64,000 nt of DNA from Octopus vulgaris. Its lineage: Eukaryota. A program made the position numbers and the translations under genes. The notes under the pieces were generated by a model, which was not told the origin of the DNA, did not search any database, and saw only the letters and a list, made by a program, of their open reading frames with translations. Shown one piece after another: positions 50,561 through 63,668 of this stretch; the stretch's first letter is position 1, and each line of letters opens with the position of its first letter. The stretch spans positions 558,001 to 622,000 of the forward strand of contig OX597817.1 in the NCBI GenBank assembly GCA_951406725.2, in the 5' to 3' direction.

Positions 50561-50746
50561 TGTTTTAGTTAAAAATTGTTGTTTTTGTTATTAACTTTAC
50601 AGAGATTTTAATTGTCAGTTTCCTGTTCCCACCCTCTCACCCTTCTCCTGCCTTTGCTTATTCTATGAAGTGAGTGGAGTTAAATGAATCAGTTTTCTTT
50701 TGATGTGAAACCAATGTGAAATCTTGCTGTTGTTCTGTCTTCTTAG

Positions 50747-50830
50747 CTGTGACTTTCTACAGACAAGCTGTACAATTGGTCCCAGATATTGAGTACCATG
50801 TGAATTATAACCCTGGAGTAAAAAGCAGAG
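50747..50830 (+). CDS. FBXO9: FBXO9 exon 4
   Basis: tcttcttag|CT...AGAG|gtaaga, 84 nt, phase 1-1. [28 protein letters not shown]. Confidence 0.93.
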
Positions 50831-51849
50831 GTAAGAAATGTTATGTATATTTTTACCACCTTCTTAATATCTTGAGTAAGCATAAGGGTAAAAAGATGTT
50901 GTTTTTCTTTTAATAACAGAAAAAGAACAGCAGCCCTCATGCTGTTTTTGCAGGACCTGTATGACTGATGAGTGAGAGGGAGTAAGATTTTGATGTCCTT
51001 TTAGCAGAGGATAGGTCTGAATGCAAGCAACAGACTGGCTTCTGCTAAAGACACCCATAGTGCAGGTGGTGTCATTAAACTGATTGACAGATTATGTATA
51101 TTATTCAGTAAGTGAGGGCATGTGGCCTAGTGGTTAGGTTATTGCACTCATAATCACAAGACTATGGGTTCGATTCCTGGGCCAGGCAGTGTGTTTTGTT
51201 GTTGAGCAAAACACTTCATCTCCCTTAGTTGTATGATCATTTTGACACTTGACTTGTGGCTCACTTGCAGCACAGGTACAGGCAATGTCAATTTGATGGA
51301 GAGGGACTGAGATCTAATGTGCAGCACAAACATTGGATCGCTATAAACGAATGATTTGTTCAGGTTGTCCAGCAAGAAATTGCAGAACTGTCTTTTTACA
51401 CTGTAACAGCTACAATTCCTTCCAATGAGTTTCTCTATAGTTTTTCCTTCTACCCACTTTCAGTGATGTTATCATTTCCCCTATCAACAAATCATCCACT
51501 TGTTTTGTACCTCTGAAAACACATGGAATAAGAGATCCCTTACTTTAAAACTAACAGGTGTTAGTAACAGAAAGGGCTTGTGAATTTAAATCAGTGCCTC
51601 TATAATATACATGTCTAACCCTTGCTAGCATTGAAATGTATAAAAGTGAATTCTTTAACGACAGCAAAGTAATACGTATCATTTAGTAAATCTTAAATAG
51701 AATTCATAAACAAAAAACAGTCTTTTTCCTTCTTTTCTTTTTTTTTCTCTATTTCACTGTTCTTTAATGGAATTGAAGCTGTGTCTCGTATATTGAAAAT
51801 CTTTACAACCTTATAATGATACTTATTGTAACAATTGCTGTCTTTACAG

Positions 51850-51883
51850 AAAGACAAGTTAGTGAAACTTCAATTGGCAGCAA
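51850..51883 (+). CDS. FBXO9: FBXO9 exon 5 (34-nt microexon)
   Basis: tctttacag|AA...AA|gtaagt, phase 1-2. ERQVSETSIGSN. It is exactly the phase bridge needed between exons 4 and 6. Confidence 0.75.
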
Positions 51884-52105
51884 GTAAGTAAGTTCTTGTA
51901 TGGTTCTCTTTGTAGAATTGTGTCTTTGTTTTCTTTGAGCCCCTATGGCTAAGAAAAAAATTATTATTATAATAATTATGAATTTTTCTTCTTTCAGTTT
52001 TCTTTCCATTTCTTGCCAAATATCTTCCCAACTCCTAGGGCAAATTGTTATTGTTATTATTATTGTTGTTGTTGTTGTTATTATTATTATGATAATAATA
52101 ATAAT

Positions 52106-52611
52106 CAATAATAAATCTCTGAACGAGGTATAAACAGTAGCTGCACAACAATGTGGAGTATATTTGCCACTTAAATGTGGCTAACCACTAAGGGTGGATG
52201 CTAAGCCCCAGGAGAACATCTTCTCCAGCTGGCTATTGACACACTTTCTGTGCTCTATCAGTATTTGCAAAGGGAAGCCATCCTTCCCATCGTTGACCTG
52301 ACGTGATATGCACAGCCCCGGGTTTCTGGGTATTTACTCATCATCAGCCCACGACAATTACCGGTCTTTGATTCGAAGGGGTCCCAAAGCAAATACATAT
52401 ATCCTTTTTCCAGTGACGAAAAGTCACGGATCTCGAAAAAGTGTAAACAGGCAATAATAAATCTCCGAATGAAGTATAAACAGTAGCTGCACGACAATAT
52501 GGAGTATATTTGCCACTTAAATGAGGTTAACCACTAAGGGTGGATGCTACTGTAGCTTGTAGCCCCAGGAGAACATCTCCAGCTGGCTATTGACACACTT
52601 TCTGTGCTCTA
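52106..52611 (-). repeat. Partial tandem repeat (period about 346 bp) with hammerhead-like motif
   Basis: 52106-52257 is repeated at 52452-52611. Minus-strand CTGATGA...GAAAC lies at 52322-52347. Confidence 0.7.
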
Positions 52612-52780
52612 GTTATTAAAAGAGACCCAGTTATTAAAAGATAAATGTCTTTCTTGGTAAACAAGGAACTTCAGTGACCAGATTAATGAACTAAGTAGCA
52701 GTTGACAGAGGTAACCATCAACAACCAGTGATGAGGATCTTGTCTTTCTCAATGCACAAAGACTACAGCAACCAGACTAA

Positions 52781-52993
52781 CCCTTTAGCATTCAGATTAT
52801 TCTGTCAAATGTAATGTTTATTCATTCACATTGTTTGGAATTAATCGTGCATTATCTTGTAGCTTTGTGATTTTGTGTTGTGATTGATTATTTTTAGAAT
52901 AACATTGTAGGGTGGATGTAAGGTTAGATCTAGCTGGTCTTAACATAAAACAGAATCATTGGGCCAGATATGGCCAGTTTAAATGCTAAAGGG
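52781..52993. mobile_element. piggyBac-like MITE
   Basis: TIRs CCCTTTAGCATT / AATGCTAAAGGG. Flanks CTAA and TCAA are decayed TTAA. Confidence 0.75.
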
Positions 52994-54244
52994 TCAATGA
53001 ATTAGTTAAGTGGCAGCTGATGGAGGTGATTGTCTATGACCAGGACAGAATTGACAAGGTTTAGAAATGTAGGAAGAAAAGTCAGTGTACAAAATGAGCA
53101 ACTTGAAAAAGTTGATTAGGAAAGACATTGCAGCTGATATACTGGTGGTGAGAATATTTAGTTTTGTTACCTTATGTTCTATGTTCAAATCCTGCCATTG
53201 TCAATTTTGCCTGTCATTTTCCAGGTTAGATACAATTGAATAAGTTTTACATTTAACTGCTTTATGAAATAACCATAAAACCTGTCGACATTGCTTAAGT
53301 ACAGAAGTTGTTTAGCTGAGACATTTCAAGATTAACTTTGACACTTTGAGAAAAATTTTCTTTTGTTACATTTAAAGAATATTTTGTCTGATATATTTGA
53401 GGAACATTTTGTAAATGATAATAAATGGTTGGAATTAATTTTCAGCATGTCTAACAAAGTGTATTAAAATACTGTAAAATGTTGGCCCGTGCTGGCTTAA
53501 TATAGTCACTCTAATGTTAGAATTACCATCTTGTAGCTTCTAGCCTATGACATGTTGATATCTTGGCTTATATGTTATGTAGTTTCCTAAGAGAAGTCAC
53601 TGCACTGAATTAGCTGTAGCCCCATGTTAACTCTGTACAGATCTATAACATGTTGAGTATCTGTGTACGACCCAAAAATCTATTATGCACCCATCTAGCT
53701 GAGGACCATTCTACACATTACAACATACAATTGTTAATTGCATGACATGCAGTGTTGCAGTCTGGACACATTGTACTCTCTAACTAGTCAGTATGTGTAA
53801 CGATTCAGGTGGTGGCCATAGCAAACCTGAGGAATTAGTCAGTGTGCAACTGCTATGATTCCTCTGCACTTACCATTGGTGATGTGCATTCCAGCACAGT
53901 GTTTTGGAATAATGGCATGGCTGTGTGGTTAGAGAGCTTACTTCCTAGCTATATGGTTTCGGGTTCAGTCCCACTGTGTGGCACTTTGGGTAGGTGTCTT
54001 CTGCTATAGCCCCGAGCCGACCGAGGCTTTGTAATTGAATTCGGTAGGCGGAAGTTACTGCCGTGTGTGCATATGTGCGTGTAGGTGCTTGTGCCTCTCC
54101 GAAAGAGAGAGAGAGAGAGAGGGTTGTTGATATTGCGGCTATTACTGTGTGCATAAGTTTGTCTGGGTTAATTCAAAGAGAGTGTTTTTAGGGATATTGT
54201 TGATCTTGATGTTTGGAGATGGTTTTTCATGTAATGCTAGCAAT

Positions 54245-54623
54245 AGGCGTGGGAGTGGCTGTGTGGTATGTAGCTTGCTTACCAACCACATGGCCCTGGG
54301 TTCAGTCCCACTGGGTGGAACATTGGGTAAGTGTCTTCTGCTATAGCGTCGGGCCGACCAAAGCCTTGTGAGTGGATTTGGTAGATGGAAACTGGACGAA
54401 ACCCATCGTATATGTGTGTGTGTGTCTGTTTGTCCCCCCAACATCGCTTGACAACTGATGGTGGTGTGTTTACATCCCCGTAACTTAGTGGTTCAGCAAA
54501 AGAGACCAATAGAATAAGTACTAGGCTTACAAAGAATAAGCTCTAAGGTTGATTTGCTCGACTAAAGGTGGTTCTCCAGCATGGCCGCAGTCAAATGACT
54601 GAAACAAGTAAAAGAGTAAGAGT
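54245..54623 (+). mobile_element. OR-like SINE, full length
   Basis: Same organisation as 47702-48108. Confidence 0.88.
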
Positions 54624-55044
54624 GAAACTTGGAGGTAACTGCAACAGCAAACTGTTCCTTTCTTGTTCAACTGGACATGTAAAAAGTAGAGTTTACAAAA
54701 TAGAGAGATGGTTTCCTACTGAAATACCAAACTGGAGGAGCGTTTACAGTTCTTAGTTTTAGCTAGTTCAGTAATTTATATAGTTTAGATGTTATGAATA
54801 ACTTAAAACTCTGAAATCAGGATATTTCGATGATTTACAGAGCTAAGGCTAAAATAGTTTGAAGTACAGCTCTAAGATTAAACTAGTTTTCCAATAATAA
54901 AAGTTACATATTTATATTAAGTTTTCAGTTACAGAGGTCATGAACTTTTCACTTGCTTTCTTTTTCTTTTCGATGCACAAACACACTCACACACTCTGAT
55001 AATGATGAATGTTCTTCAAAGGTGTTTCATCTTATTCATTCTAG

Positions 55045-55144
55045 TGCATCTGTTGAGGATGTGGAAGAAGGAAACTTGTTGGCTTTGCTGAGTCGTTTGC
55101 AAGCATCCGAGAATGTCATTTGCTCACCTGCTTCTGAACAAAGA
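55045..55144 (+). CDS. FBXO9: FBXO9 exon 6
   Basis: cattctag|T...AGA|gtatgg, 100 nt, phase 2-0. ASVEDVEEGNLLALLSRLQASENVICSPASEQR. Confidence 0.82.
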
Positions 55145-55602
55145 GTATGGATATCTTCCTGTTGTGTACATTGTTGTTTTGTTTGTTTGTTTACTTTAGT
55201 TATGATTCAGCTTGCAATAGCTCGGCTTACATAGAGCCTATTAGATAAAATGTCAGCATCCATAACTGTCAATCCTCTATCACCAGTACTTACCAGTTTG
55301 TAATTAACTGCTCCTGTAACTCATAAATTTCAACTCGTTAATGTTACTGAAACTAACAAAGAATCTAATAGATTTCCATATGTGTAGAATATGTAACAGG
55401 AAGGTTTAACATAATTCATTAGAAAATGTTGTATAACTGAAGAATAGTTGAGTTTGATATTTTCTGAAGTCAGTGAATTCCATTGATTCTGGAAGATAAA
55501 AAAGGAAATAAAAGTTATTCTAGTAACTGTAAAATGTTGACATGGGAAAAGAGAAGTCCCTGTTGCTACCTTCTCTGAAGATGTTTTATTTCTTTTCTAC
55601 AG

Positions 55603-55704
55603 GCGACCCATATTTCTTCTTTGCCTGTAGAAGTGGTCATGTATATTTTCAAGTGGGTTGTATCAACCGATCTTGACACCAGGTCCCTAGAGCAGTTGTC
55701 ACAG
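55603..55704 (+). CDS. FBXO9: FBXO9 exon 7 (F-box)
   Basis: tttctacag|GCG...CAG|gttagt, 102 nt. [34 protein letters not shown]. Confidence 0.96.
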
Positions 55705-56546
55705 GTTAGTACCTTTCTTTCTTTCTCTTTTTATTCTCAGATTGTATCTAAAAGTCGAAAATGTCATAAAATTCATGTGATCTTAAAGAAATAGTAAAAT
55801 CTGGAATGCAAGGAAATTTGTTGTGATCATTGTCAGCAACAGTTCAAAGGAGAGGTTATAGAAGATTTTGCTTAGTTAAATTACCATGAGAAGTGAATAA
55901 TCTAATGTTTTGGGTTTTTGTCCTTTATCTCAGAGTGTCAGAGTGAGAAAACAATGGAAAGTGGTGTTGGCACAGTAATTTTGCTGGCTTACAACCAAAG
56001 TAGCAACACCAATGCTGGCAAAATTGTTAGCATGCTGGACAAAATGCTTAGCAGCATTTTGTCTGTTTTTACATTCTGAGTTCAAGTTCCACTTAGGTTG
56101 ACTTCACTTGCCATCTTTTCAGGGGTTGATAAAATAAGTACCAGTTAAGCAATGAGGTCAATGTAATCAACTATGCCCTTCCCTCAAAATTTTAGACCTT
56201 GTTCCTATAGTTGAAAGGATTATTATGATAATTATTCAAGAGAGAGAGAGAAAAAAATTTGTACAAAATTATGACCCAAATTAAATGTCCTACATTTATT
56301 TTGATACCCTATTTTTATTGCATTCAAATCTTACTGGCATTAATTTTGATTTTCATCTAGTTTAGGATAAATTAAAAGTTAAAAAAAAAAAAACTATCAG
56401 TAGTATATTACAGCTAGATAAATTAAATATCGTTTGGCTTGAAAAAAACAGTCTCCTACATTAAAAAAGTACCCATTAGTATTGTGATTAATTTCTATTG
56501 ATAACACCATTGTAACAAATATATTTTTAAAAATCGCTATTTCCAG

Positions 56547-56608
56547 GTGTGCCGTGGTTTCTATGTATGCGCACGGGATGAAGAGCTTTGGAAACTAGTT
56601 TGCACCAG
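56547..56608 (+). CDS. FBXO9: FBXO9 exon 8
   Basis: tttccag|GTG...AG|gtttgg, 62 nt, phase 0-2. VCRGFYVCARDEELWKLVCT. Confidence 0.95.
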
Positions 56609-56899
56609 GTTTGGACTCACAGATTTTCTTTAACCATTTTTCCATTTTGCTGTTATGACATTTTGTTTTCTTTGGTTATGGATATTACCATTTCCTTGAC
56701 TTCTCAGTGTATTATTCTATTAATTCCTAAGTAACTATTATTCACTTCCAAAATAGTCTTTTAGTCTCACAATAGTCTTTATTATTATTAACTCCCATGG
56801 TAACTATTAGTCTATTACTCTTACAGTAGCCATTTTTATTGATCTCAAAATTTACTTGTCTATTAATCCCATACTCTCTTTCTCTCTCCTCTCTTTCTC

Positions 56900-57135
56900 C
56901 TCTTGCTCAATGGGACTGGGGTCGTCCCAGATTAGCAGTCCCTGAGGTGCAATTGTGCTTAGAGCCAACCAGGTCCACAAGTGCTCCTCATCACTGACAG
57001 TCTCTCTGCATCCTCCAAGTTGACATTGAACCTCTGGAGATTTTTCTTAATCACATCCAGCCACCTGGTGTGAGCCCTGCCATGAGGCCCCTTCCAGCCT
57101 GCAGCTGCTGCGTTGAATGAGAATAAGGCTCTTGT
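56900..57135 (-). mobile_element. RTE-like LINE 3' fragment
   Basis: GWKGPHGRAHTRWLDVIKKNL. Confidence 0.6.
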
Positions 57136-58583
57136 AGAATGATAATTATTATGCTGATAATTTTAAAGACATCTACTTGCACACAATTTTCCACTTACAC
57201 TTCCTTTATCTAGACTATCCTGTTTGTCTTAGAGTATAAATTAAATACTATTTTCTGTACTGATGTTAATGGTTTAATTCGTAAAAGGTGAAAAAAAACG
57301 TGTAAAACCATCTAAAGTTGCAGTTGAATGAACAAGAAAGTGATAACTTGTTTGCTGATGGTTTAATGATTAGTAGATTGTGTATCCTGTTTATATTGGT
57401 TTCAAATTTTAGCACATAGCCAGTAAGTTTGGGAGAGGAGGTAAGTCGATTACATTGACCCCAGTGCTCAAAAGGATAAAAAGCAAACTTGACCTTGGTG
57501 GCATTTGATCTCAGAACATAAAGACAGACAAAATGCCACTTAGCATTTTGTCTGGCATCATAACAATTCTGCCAGTTCACTGCCTTGTATAGTGTTTATA
57601 TTAGTCAGACTGGTGTCCTCATCTTGAATTTTACTTTGATTACATTTTAGTTGTATGCTCCAGCTTACTTCAGGTGTCTCATGTTAAACTCAGTTGTTAT
57701 ATTGGAATTTCATACCTAACCCTTTATTTGATCCATAGGGAAATTCTGTTCTCATTCCATTCTCTGTGTCTTGTGACATTTTTTTGCTTTAGTTGAATTA
57801 TGTGAATTAGCTTAGTGCCTTGTCTGAGATTGAACTCAGAAACTCTAGGTGAGTACACTGCTTTAGCCAATGTCTTTATCCACTGTGCTATGCCTGGGCA
57901 TAGAGGCAGTCCTCAGCTCTGTTGTTGTGGTATTAAGCAAATGACAGATGAATTTTTACCCCTTTTGATACGATACAAATTTGTTTCAGCATTTGAAATG
58001 ATCAAAAGCTCATTATTTCAGGCAATTTTGTGAATTGAGTTATGTAAAAATAAGTGTAATGCTCAAATAAAACCACATTCATAGTGTGAGTATGAACTCA
58101 AGATCTATACTATAGTCCTTTTATCTTTTAGTTTCCACTTGGCTGCCTTCAGATACCATAGGATGTTCCCTCTGTAAGTAGTAGGATCACAATAGGAATC
58201 ACAACTGTTTCTTAGTTTATAATGCTGAGCTCACATTTTTCTGGTTGATCATGTAAGCTTTGTCAAACTGATATGATCCTAATACACAACCAGCCATGGA
58301 ACTATCATATTTATGTGACTTATTGGCCAATAGAAGCCTTCATACTTTGGCTTTAGTGGAACTGCTTATAATTCTTTGAAGTACAACAATAATAATGCTC
58401 AAACTAAGTTATTTTTTGACAGGCCTGCCATGATTAAATAGAGCAAAATAGTTCTCTGATGCAAACTGAAGGATCATATAAACTGGTAGTTAATTGAAGG
58501 AAAGTGAACAGCTCAGTTTTCTTTCTCTTTTTTTCTTTCTCAAGTACACTCACCTACAACTATATTATTATTGTTTTTTTAAG

Positions 58584-58672
58584 GATGTTTAATGGTGTCA
58601 ATTGCAAAAACTGTAAGAAGTATGGCTCCTGGAGGCAGATGTTCTATCAAAGACCCCACCTTCGATATAATG
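58584..58672 (+). CDS. FBXO9: FBXO9 exon 9
   Basis: tttttaag|G...AATG|gtaaat, 89 nt, phase 2-1. RMFNGVNCKNCKKYGSWRQMFYQRPHLRYN. Confidence 0.94.
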
Positions 58673-58864
58673 GTAAATTTTATCTTTTTGTTTCATTACT
58701 AATTTCATAAAGGTTGTAGAAAAAATTTCGGATGGAGAACACACCAGAATCACTTTGGCCAGAAAGCAGTTGTACAAGTGTTCGAAACCAGATGTTTTTA
58801 GGGATGTGTTTACATAGCAGCAATACAGTGTTGTTTGGTACCCTAACAACATTGCTAATTTGCT

Positions 58865-59155
58865 GGTCTGGCTGTCTTGTAAGAAGTTTACTTTTCAGCC
58901 ATGTGGTTCTGGGTTCATCCCACTGCATGGCACCTTGAGCAAGTGTCTTCTACTATAGCCTCAGACTGACCAAGGCCTTGTGAGTGGATTTGGGAGATGG
59001 AAACTGAAAGAAGCCCATTATGTATGTGTGTATGTTTGTGTCTGTGATTGTCCCCCCCACCACTTGACAACTAATCTTTGTGTGGTTACATCCCTGTAAC
59101 TTAGCAGTTCTGCAGAAGAGACCTATAGAATATGAACCAGGCTGTAAAAAAAAAG
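58865..59155 (+). mobile_element. OR-like SINE, 3' truncated
   Basis: Head and CORE-like segment. Confidence 0.75.
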
Positions 59156-60141
59156 GGATAAAAATTTTGATACTCCGTATCAAAGATTCCCACAAGAATA
59201 GGCAGAAAATCAGAGCTTGAGACAAGAAGACACTTTCAACCGATTAGAATTCTGTTTACAGAATCAGTGTGATCGGTCACCTTCCTCTGTCGGTTGAGTA
59301 AAGTTTCATCCAAGCTGATGATTATTGGTAATTAAACTTATTTTGCAACATTTGTGCCTATTTATCAGCTTTGTTTTTGTTGGTAAGAATTACCAACAAC
59401 TTTTCTTGTGATTGTGATCTGAGAAGACTTACAGAAGTTTGCTAAAGATCGAACATAATCTCTTGTGGGCAAGAAATGTAAAATAAAGCTTACTATAAAC
59501 AATACAAACACTTCATAATTTAATAGATTTTAATGTGATACCTGTTAAACAGAAATTATTTTTATTTAATGAAAATTTAATAAAATCTAATCATAAGTAA
59601 GTGAAATCAATTGAAAACCTTTTTTCCCCTGGCCATATCGGCAATTCTGAAAAATATTCGGTGTGTATTTTACACAAGTAGAAGCTTTTTTAACAATTTT
59701 TATCCTGAAAATCACCTGCTTAAATTATACAGGTACGCAAATTACATGGATTTTTACAGTATATATAAAACGCTGCTCTTCTAAATGGAAACCTTACTTG
59801 TCATTGTGGTCTTGTGGCATGAAGCAAAGCAGGCCTTGCTGTCCACTGAAGAAAACACACAGTAAATAAATGATCGAGAAGCACTCAAGCAAACTGACTC
59901 CTCATCTTATTCCATTTATAAAGAAAAAGTAGTGGGTATTGATTCATTCAACTAAAAATTCTTGAAGGTAGTGCTCCAGTATGGCCACAGTCTGATGACT
60001 GAAACAAATAAAAGAGATACACATGTGTGTATATATGATTTTAAGTTAGCTTTACCTTTTTATTATTTGCTTTTATCCTTTACTCATTGATGTATGTCAT
60101 ATTTACTTACCTACAAGAACCAGTTTGTGTGTATGTGTAGC

Positions 60142-60175
<34 letters not shown>

Positions 60176-60208
60176 ATATGAGAGATGCTGTATTTTTCTC
60201 TTCCTCAG

Positions 60209-60322
60209 GCTGTTACATCAGCAAATGTTCTTACATTCGTCAAGGTGAAAAGGGTCTGGATTACTTCTACAAACCATGGAACTTAGTGGAATATTGCCGC
60301 TTTGTTCGATTCTTTCTAAATG
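60209..60322 (+). CDS. FBXO9: FBXO9 exon 10
   Basis: ttcctcag|GC...AATG|gtaagt, 114 nt, phase 1-1. [38 protein letters not shown]. Confidence 0.95.
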
Positions 60323-61032
60323 GTAAGTACATTGATCGCTTCAGCACCTCCTCAGCTCTGGTATCTACTGAACATGTTTGGAAACCCGTATTTTTCACTG
60401 ATTACAGAATATATAGATTGATTATATTATAATCTAGTTTTACAAATGCTCTTTAGTGTGATGTGAAGCTAATATGATTCTTCGCTATATTTTCCCCCAA
60501 CATCCACAGATTTTTGCTTTCATTTCAATGAATGACTAAAAGATCAAACTGAAAGTTAATACATTGCCATTAAAGCATAGTCTAGGAAGCTTGGAAAGGT
60601 CTGGGAGTCCAGGCTTAAGCACTTGTGCTGGTACCTCTTAAACAGCCCCTGTGCTAATGCTATGTAAAAAGCACCTGTACCATTGTCACGTAAAAAGCAT
60701 CCAGCTATAGAAACCAACCCAAAACACACAACTACAACCTGGTGCAATTCTCCAGCTTGTGAGCTCAAACCAAACCATCCAACCCATACCAATACAGAAA
60801 ACAGACGTTAAATAATGATGATTCTAAGAGACGCTTGTTTTGATTAACTTCAAAACTAGGATTTTTTAGGTGTATATATGAATTATTGAAGTAGGTGAGC
60901 CCTCTTATTAACCCTTATTTCATGGACTAATAAAAATATTTTGTAGATATTGTTGTTTATTTTCTCTCTCTTCTCTTTGATCAACTGTAATGTATTCAAT
61001 ATTTACCTTATATTGAAGTTTCTTATCTACAG

Positions 61033-61148
61033 GGGATATTGTGATGATGTCCAGTCCTGAAGAACCAGCTGTCTGTATCACAAAGCTGAATACAAAGTTC
61101 AAGAGTGCCAGCATGCTTTGTGGTTACTACAGGATCTCCGGAAGCACT
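61033..61148 (+). CDS. FBXO9: FBXO9 exon 11
   Basis: tatctacag|GG...ACT|gtcagt, 116 nt, phase 1-0. GDIVMMSSPEEPAVCITKLNTKFKSASMLCGYYRISGST. Confidence 0.92.
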
Positions 61149-62251
61149 GTCAGTACATCAGAGTCCTTTTTCTTGGCTAACAGTCATTCATAATAACATT
61201 GGGGGAAACATTTACTAATTTTGTCTTTCGCTATATGTCCAGAAATTGTCATTAGTGATTGTTTTTTAATTCCTCTAGATCTATTTGATTCTAAGTTTTA
61301 TTTATTGGAACTAGAGGAAGAGTGCTTTCCTTGGGTGAGCCAGAGGTAGTTTACATAGAAACTTTCAAATAACTATTTGATTCTAAATTAACTTGAAAAT
61401 GTTCATCTTAGCTTGACGCCCTCGACTGTTCTGTCAATAAACACCAGTAATGTTTCACTTGGATTAATTTTCCTCCTCTCTTCTATTTATGTTTGGTCAA
61501 TACACACTGGCTATGCTTATCTGTTAGGCAACTTCTGCATGGTCATTATCTGTTAGAAATAGTAGCCAAATCTCCTTTGTATCACATCATATACCATTTT
61601 TGTAAAAGGGAAAAACACATTAGATAATGTAGTCTTAAATGCATTATACTTGAAAAACGACAGTTTGGTCACAGTTGAAATATTTTTAATCGTAGGTCTA
61701 CTCTGCCTGAGTTGACCTCAGCTTAAACAATAAACAAAATGCTATCTTTGAGATAATATGTAACAAATTTGTTTTCTTATTCATTTCTTCAATTCAAGTT
61801 TCAAATTCTGTCTTCAGTCCACTTGTACAGTTACAATGATGTTGATTTACTAATACAAACATCATCAACATTGCTGCTAGCATCTTTCTTTCAAATATTT
61901 CCTACACAACATACATCACTCTACTTGTGTCAAGTAACCAAGCAGGTTTATTTATGATCAGAGGTTTTTCAGCCATCCTGTCTTTTTATAATGTTAAAAC
62001 CACATTTCTGTGTGTTCTTTCCTTTTTTAAGATGATAGGGTGTGATTTAAAGATTTGGTTGCTATTTCTAGCAAGTTGAGCAACCAGCTAGATATTCCCA
62101 CTTCCAGCCTTTCTACCTCTTATCACTTTACTATAAAATATAGACGGAAATCTTTTGCCCTCACATTCTTACATGCAGGGTCATTCTATCCTATACTCAA
62201 ACTATTCTGCCCAATTCATCACTGTTATAATCTGTTGCTCTCTTCCTGCAG

Positions 62252-62365
62252 ATTACTGCCTATTTAACCCGTGCCAAGCCGAATGAGTACTCGAACCAGT
62301 ACAGTCGACGTAATAAGCGTAACAGGCCAAACGAGAATGATGACCCTGAGCACACATTTAATGTG
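62252..62365 (+). CDS. FBXO9: FBXO9 exon 12
   Basis: cttcctgcag|ATT...GTG|gtaggt, 114 nt, phase 0-0. ITAYLTRAKPNEYSNQYSRRNKRNRPNENDDPEHTFNV. Confidence 0.88.
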
Positions 62366-63160
62366 GTAGGTCTTCCTTTCTTTCTTTCTTCCTTTCTTTC
62401 TTTCTTCCTTTCTTCCTTTCTTTCTTTATTGATATTGCTGTTAGTAAACATTAGTATTTTTGGATACAGATTTTCACTGAACCAGAACTGGTATATTGCA
62501 TTCTGAGGGTGAGAGTGAGAAGGGAGTATCTGTAACTCAGGCAAAACAAATATCTCAAGAGACTTTTTTGTAAAGCACCAGTATTTTGAGTTTTTTGCCA
62601 ATAATTCTTTGCTGACAGGTACAAGCAAATATATATATATATACATACATACATACATACATACATACACATGCATGTGTATATGTATATTTATATGTTT
62701 CTGTGTATGTGTCTGTATCATTATCATCATCTTCGTTTAACATCTGCCTTCCAAGCCGGCATGGGTTGGACTATATATATAATTATTTCACATCTATGTT
62801 CCCTGCTGGAAAAGATACTAAAAATTAAAACTACCTGGGCAAACAAGAGGCATGGTTTGTTGCTGCAATGACTCTTAATTCCTACAGATGCTGACACTAC
62901 ATAAAAAACCATCTCTGAATCTTTGGCAACACACACATCACCCCCAGAACACTACTACAATATCCTAAAAGCACTATCTCCCACTCAGTCTATGTACACA
63001 TTAGCAACATCCATAGTATCACAGAGATGCACCCCAGCAGCAATAAGTGCAGAGGAACGGCAACTGTCCAGAATGTCCAGGTTTATTAGAAATAGATTGG
63101 ACATTACAATAAATATAATAATCAAATCAAATGACACTTGTGAAGACCTGTTGAGGCAAG

Positions 63161-63212
<52 letters not shown>

Positions 63213-63247
63213 CATAATCAAAAATCAAACCAAATCAAAATAGATGA

Positions 63248-63668
63248 ACATCAATGGAATTTGTATCTTTGTGGTACCAGTGCCAGTGGCACACAAGAAA
63301 ATCATCCGAACGTGGCCATAGCCAGTACCGCATCGACTGGCCTCCGTGCTGTGGGCACGTAAAAACACCATCCGATCGTGGCCGTTCTGCCAGCCTCGTC
63401 TGGCACCTGTGTCGGTGGCACATAAGAAAACACCATCCGAGCGTGGCTGTTCGCCAGCCTCGTCTGGCACCTGTGTCGGTGGCACATAAAATCACCCACT
63501 ACACTCTCGGAGTGGTTGGCGTTAGGAAGGGCATCCAGCTGTAGAAACACTGCCAGATCTGACTGGCCTGGTGCAGCCTTCGGGCTCCCCAGACTCCAGT
63601 TGAACCGTCCAACCCATGCTAGCATGGAAAGCGGACGTTAAATGAGGATGATGATGATGATGATGATG
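63248..63668 (+). mobile_element. (GAT)n-tailed SINE-type repeat with two internal ~58-bp units
   Basis: Near-identical to 40520-40998. Confidence 0.8.

Larger units (their letters stand above)
27615..62365 (+). other. FBXO9: FBXO9 gene model (F-box only protein 9), 12 coding exons, 3'-incomplete in this window
   Basis: Exons join in frame through GT-AG introns (1191 nt, 397 codons, no stop). The product has FBXO9 motifs: LDEFRMKWQQEL, TPR-like [24 protein letters not shown], F-box [43 protein letters not shown], and [21 protein letters not shown]. Confidence 0.95.
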
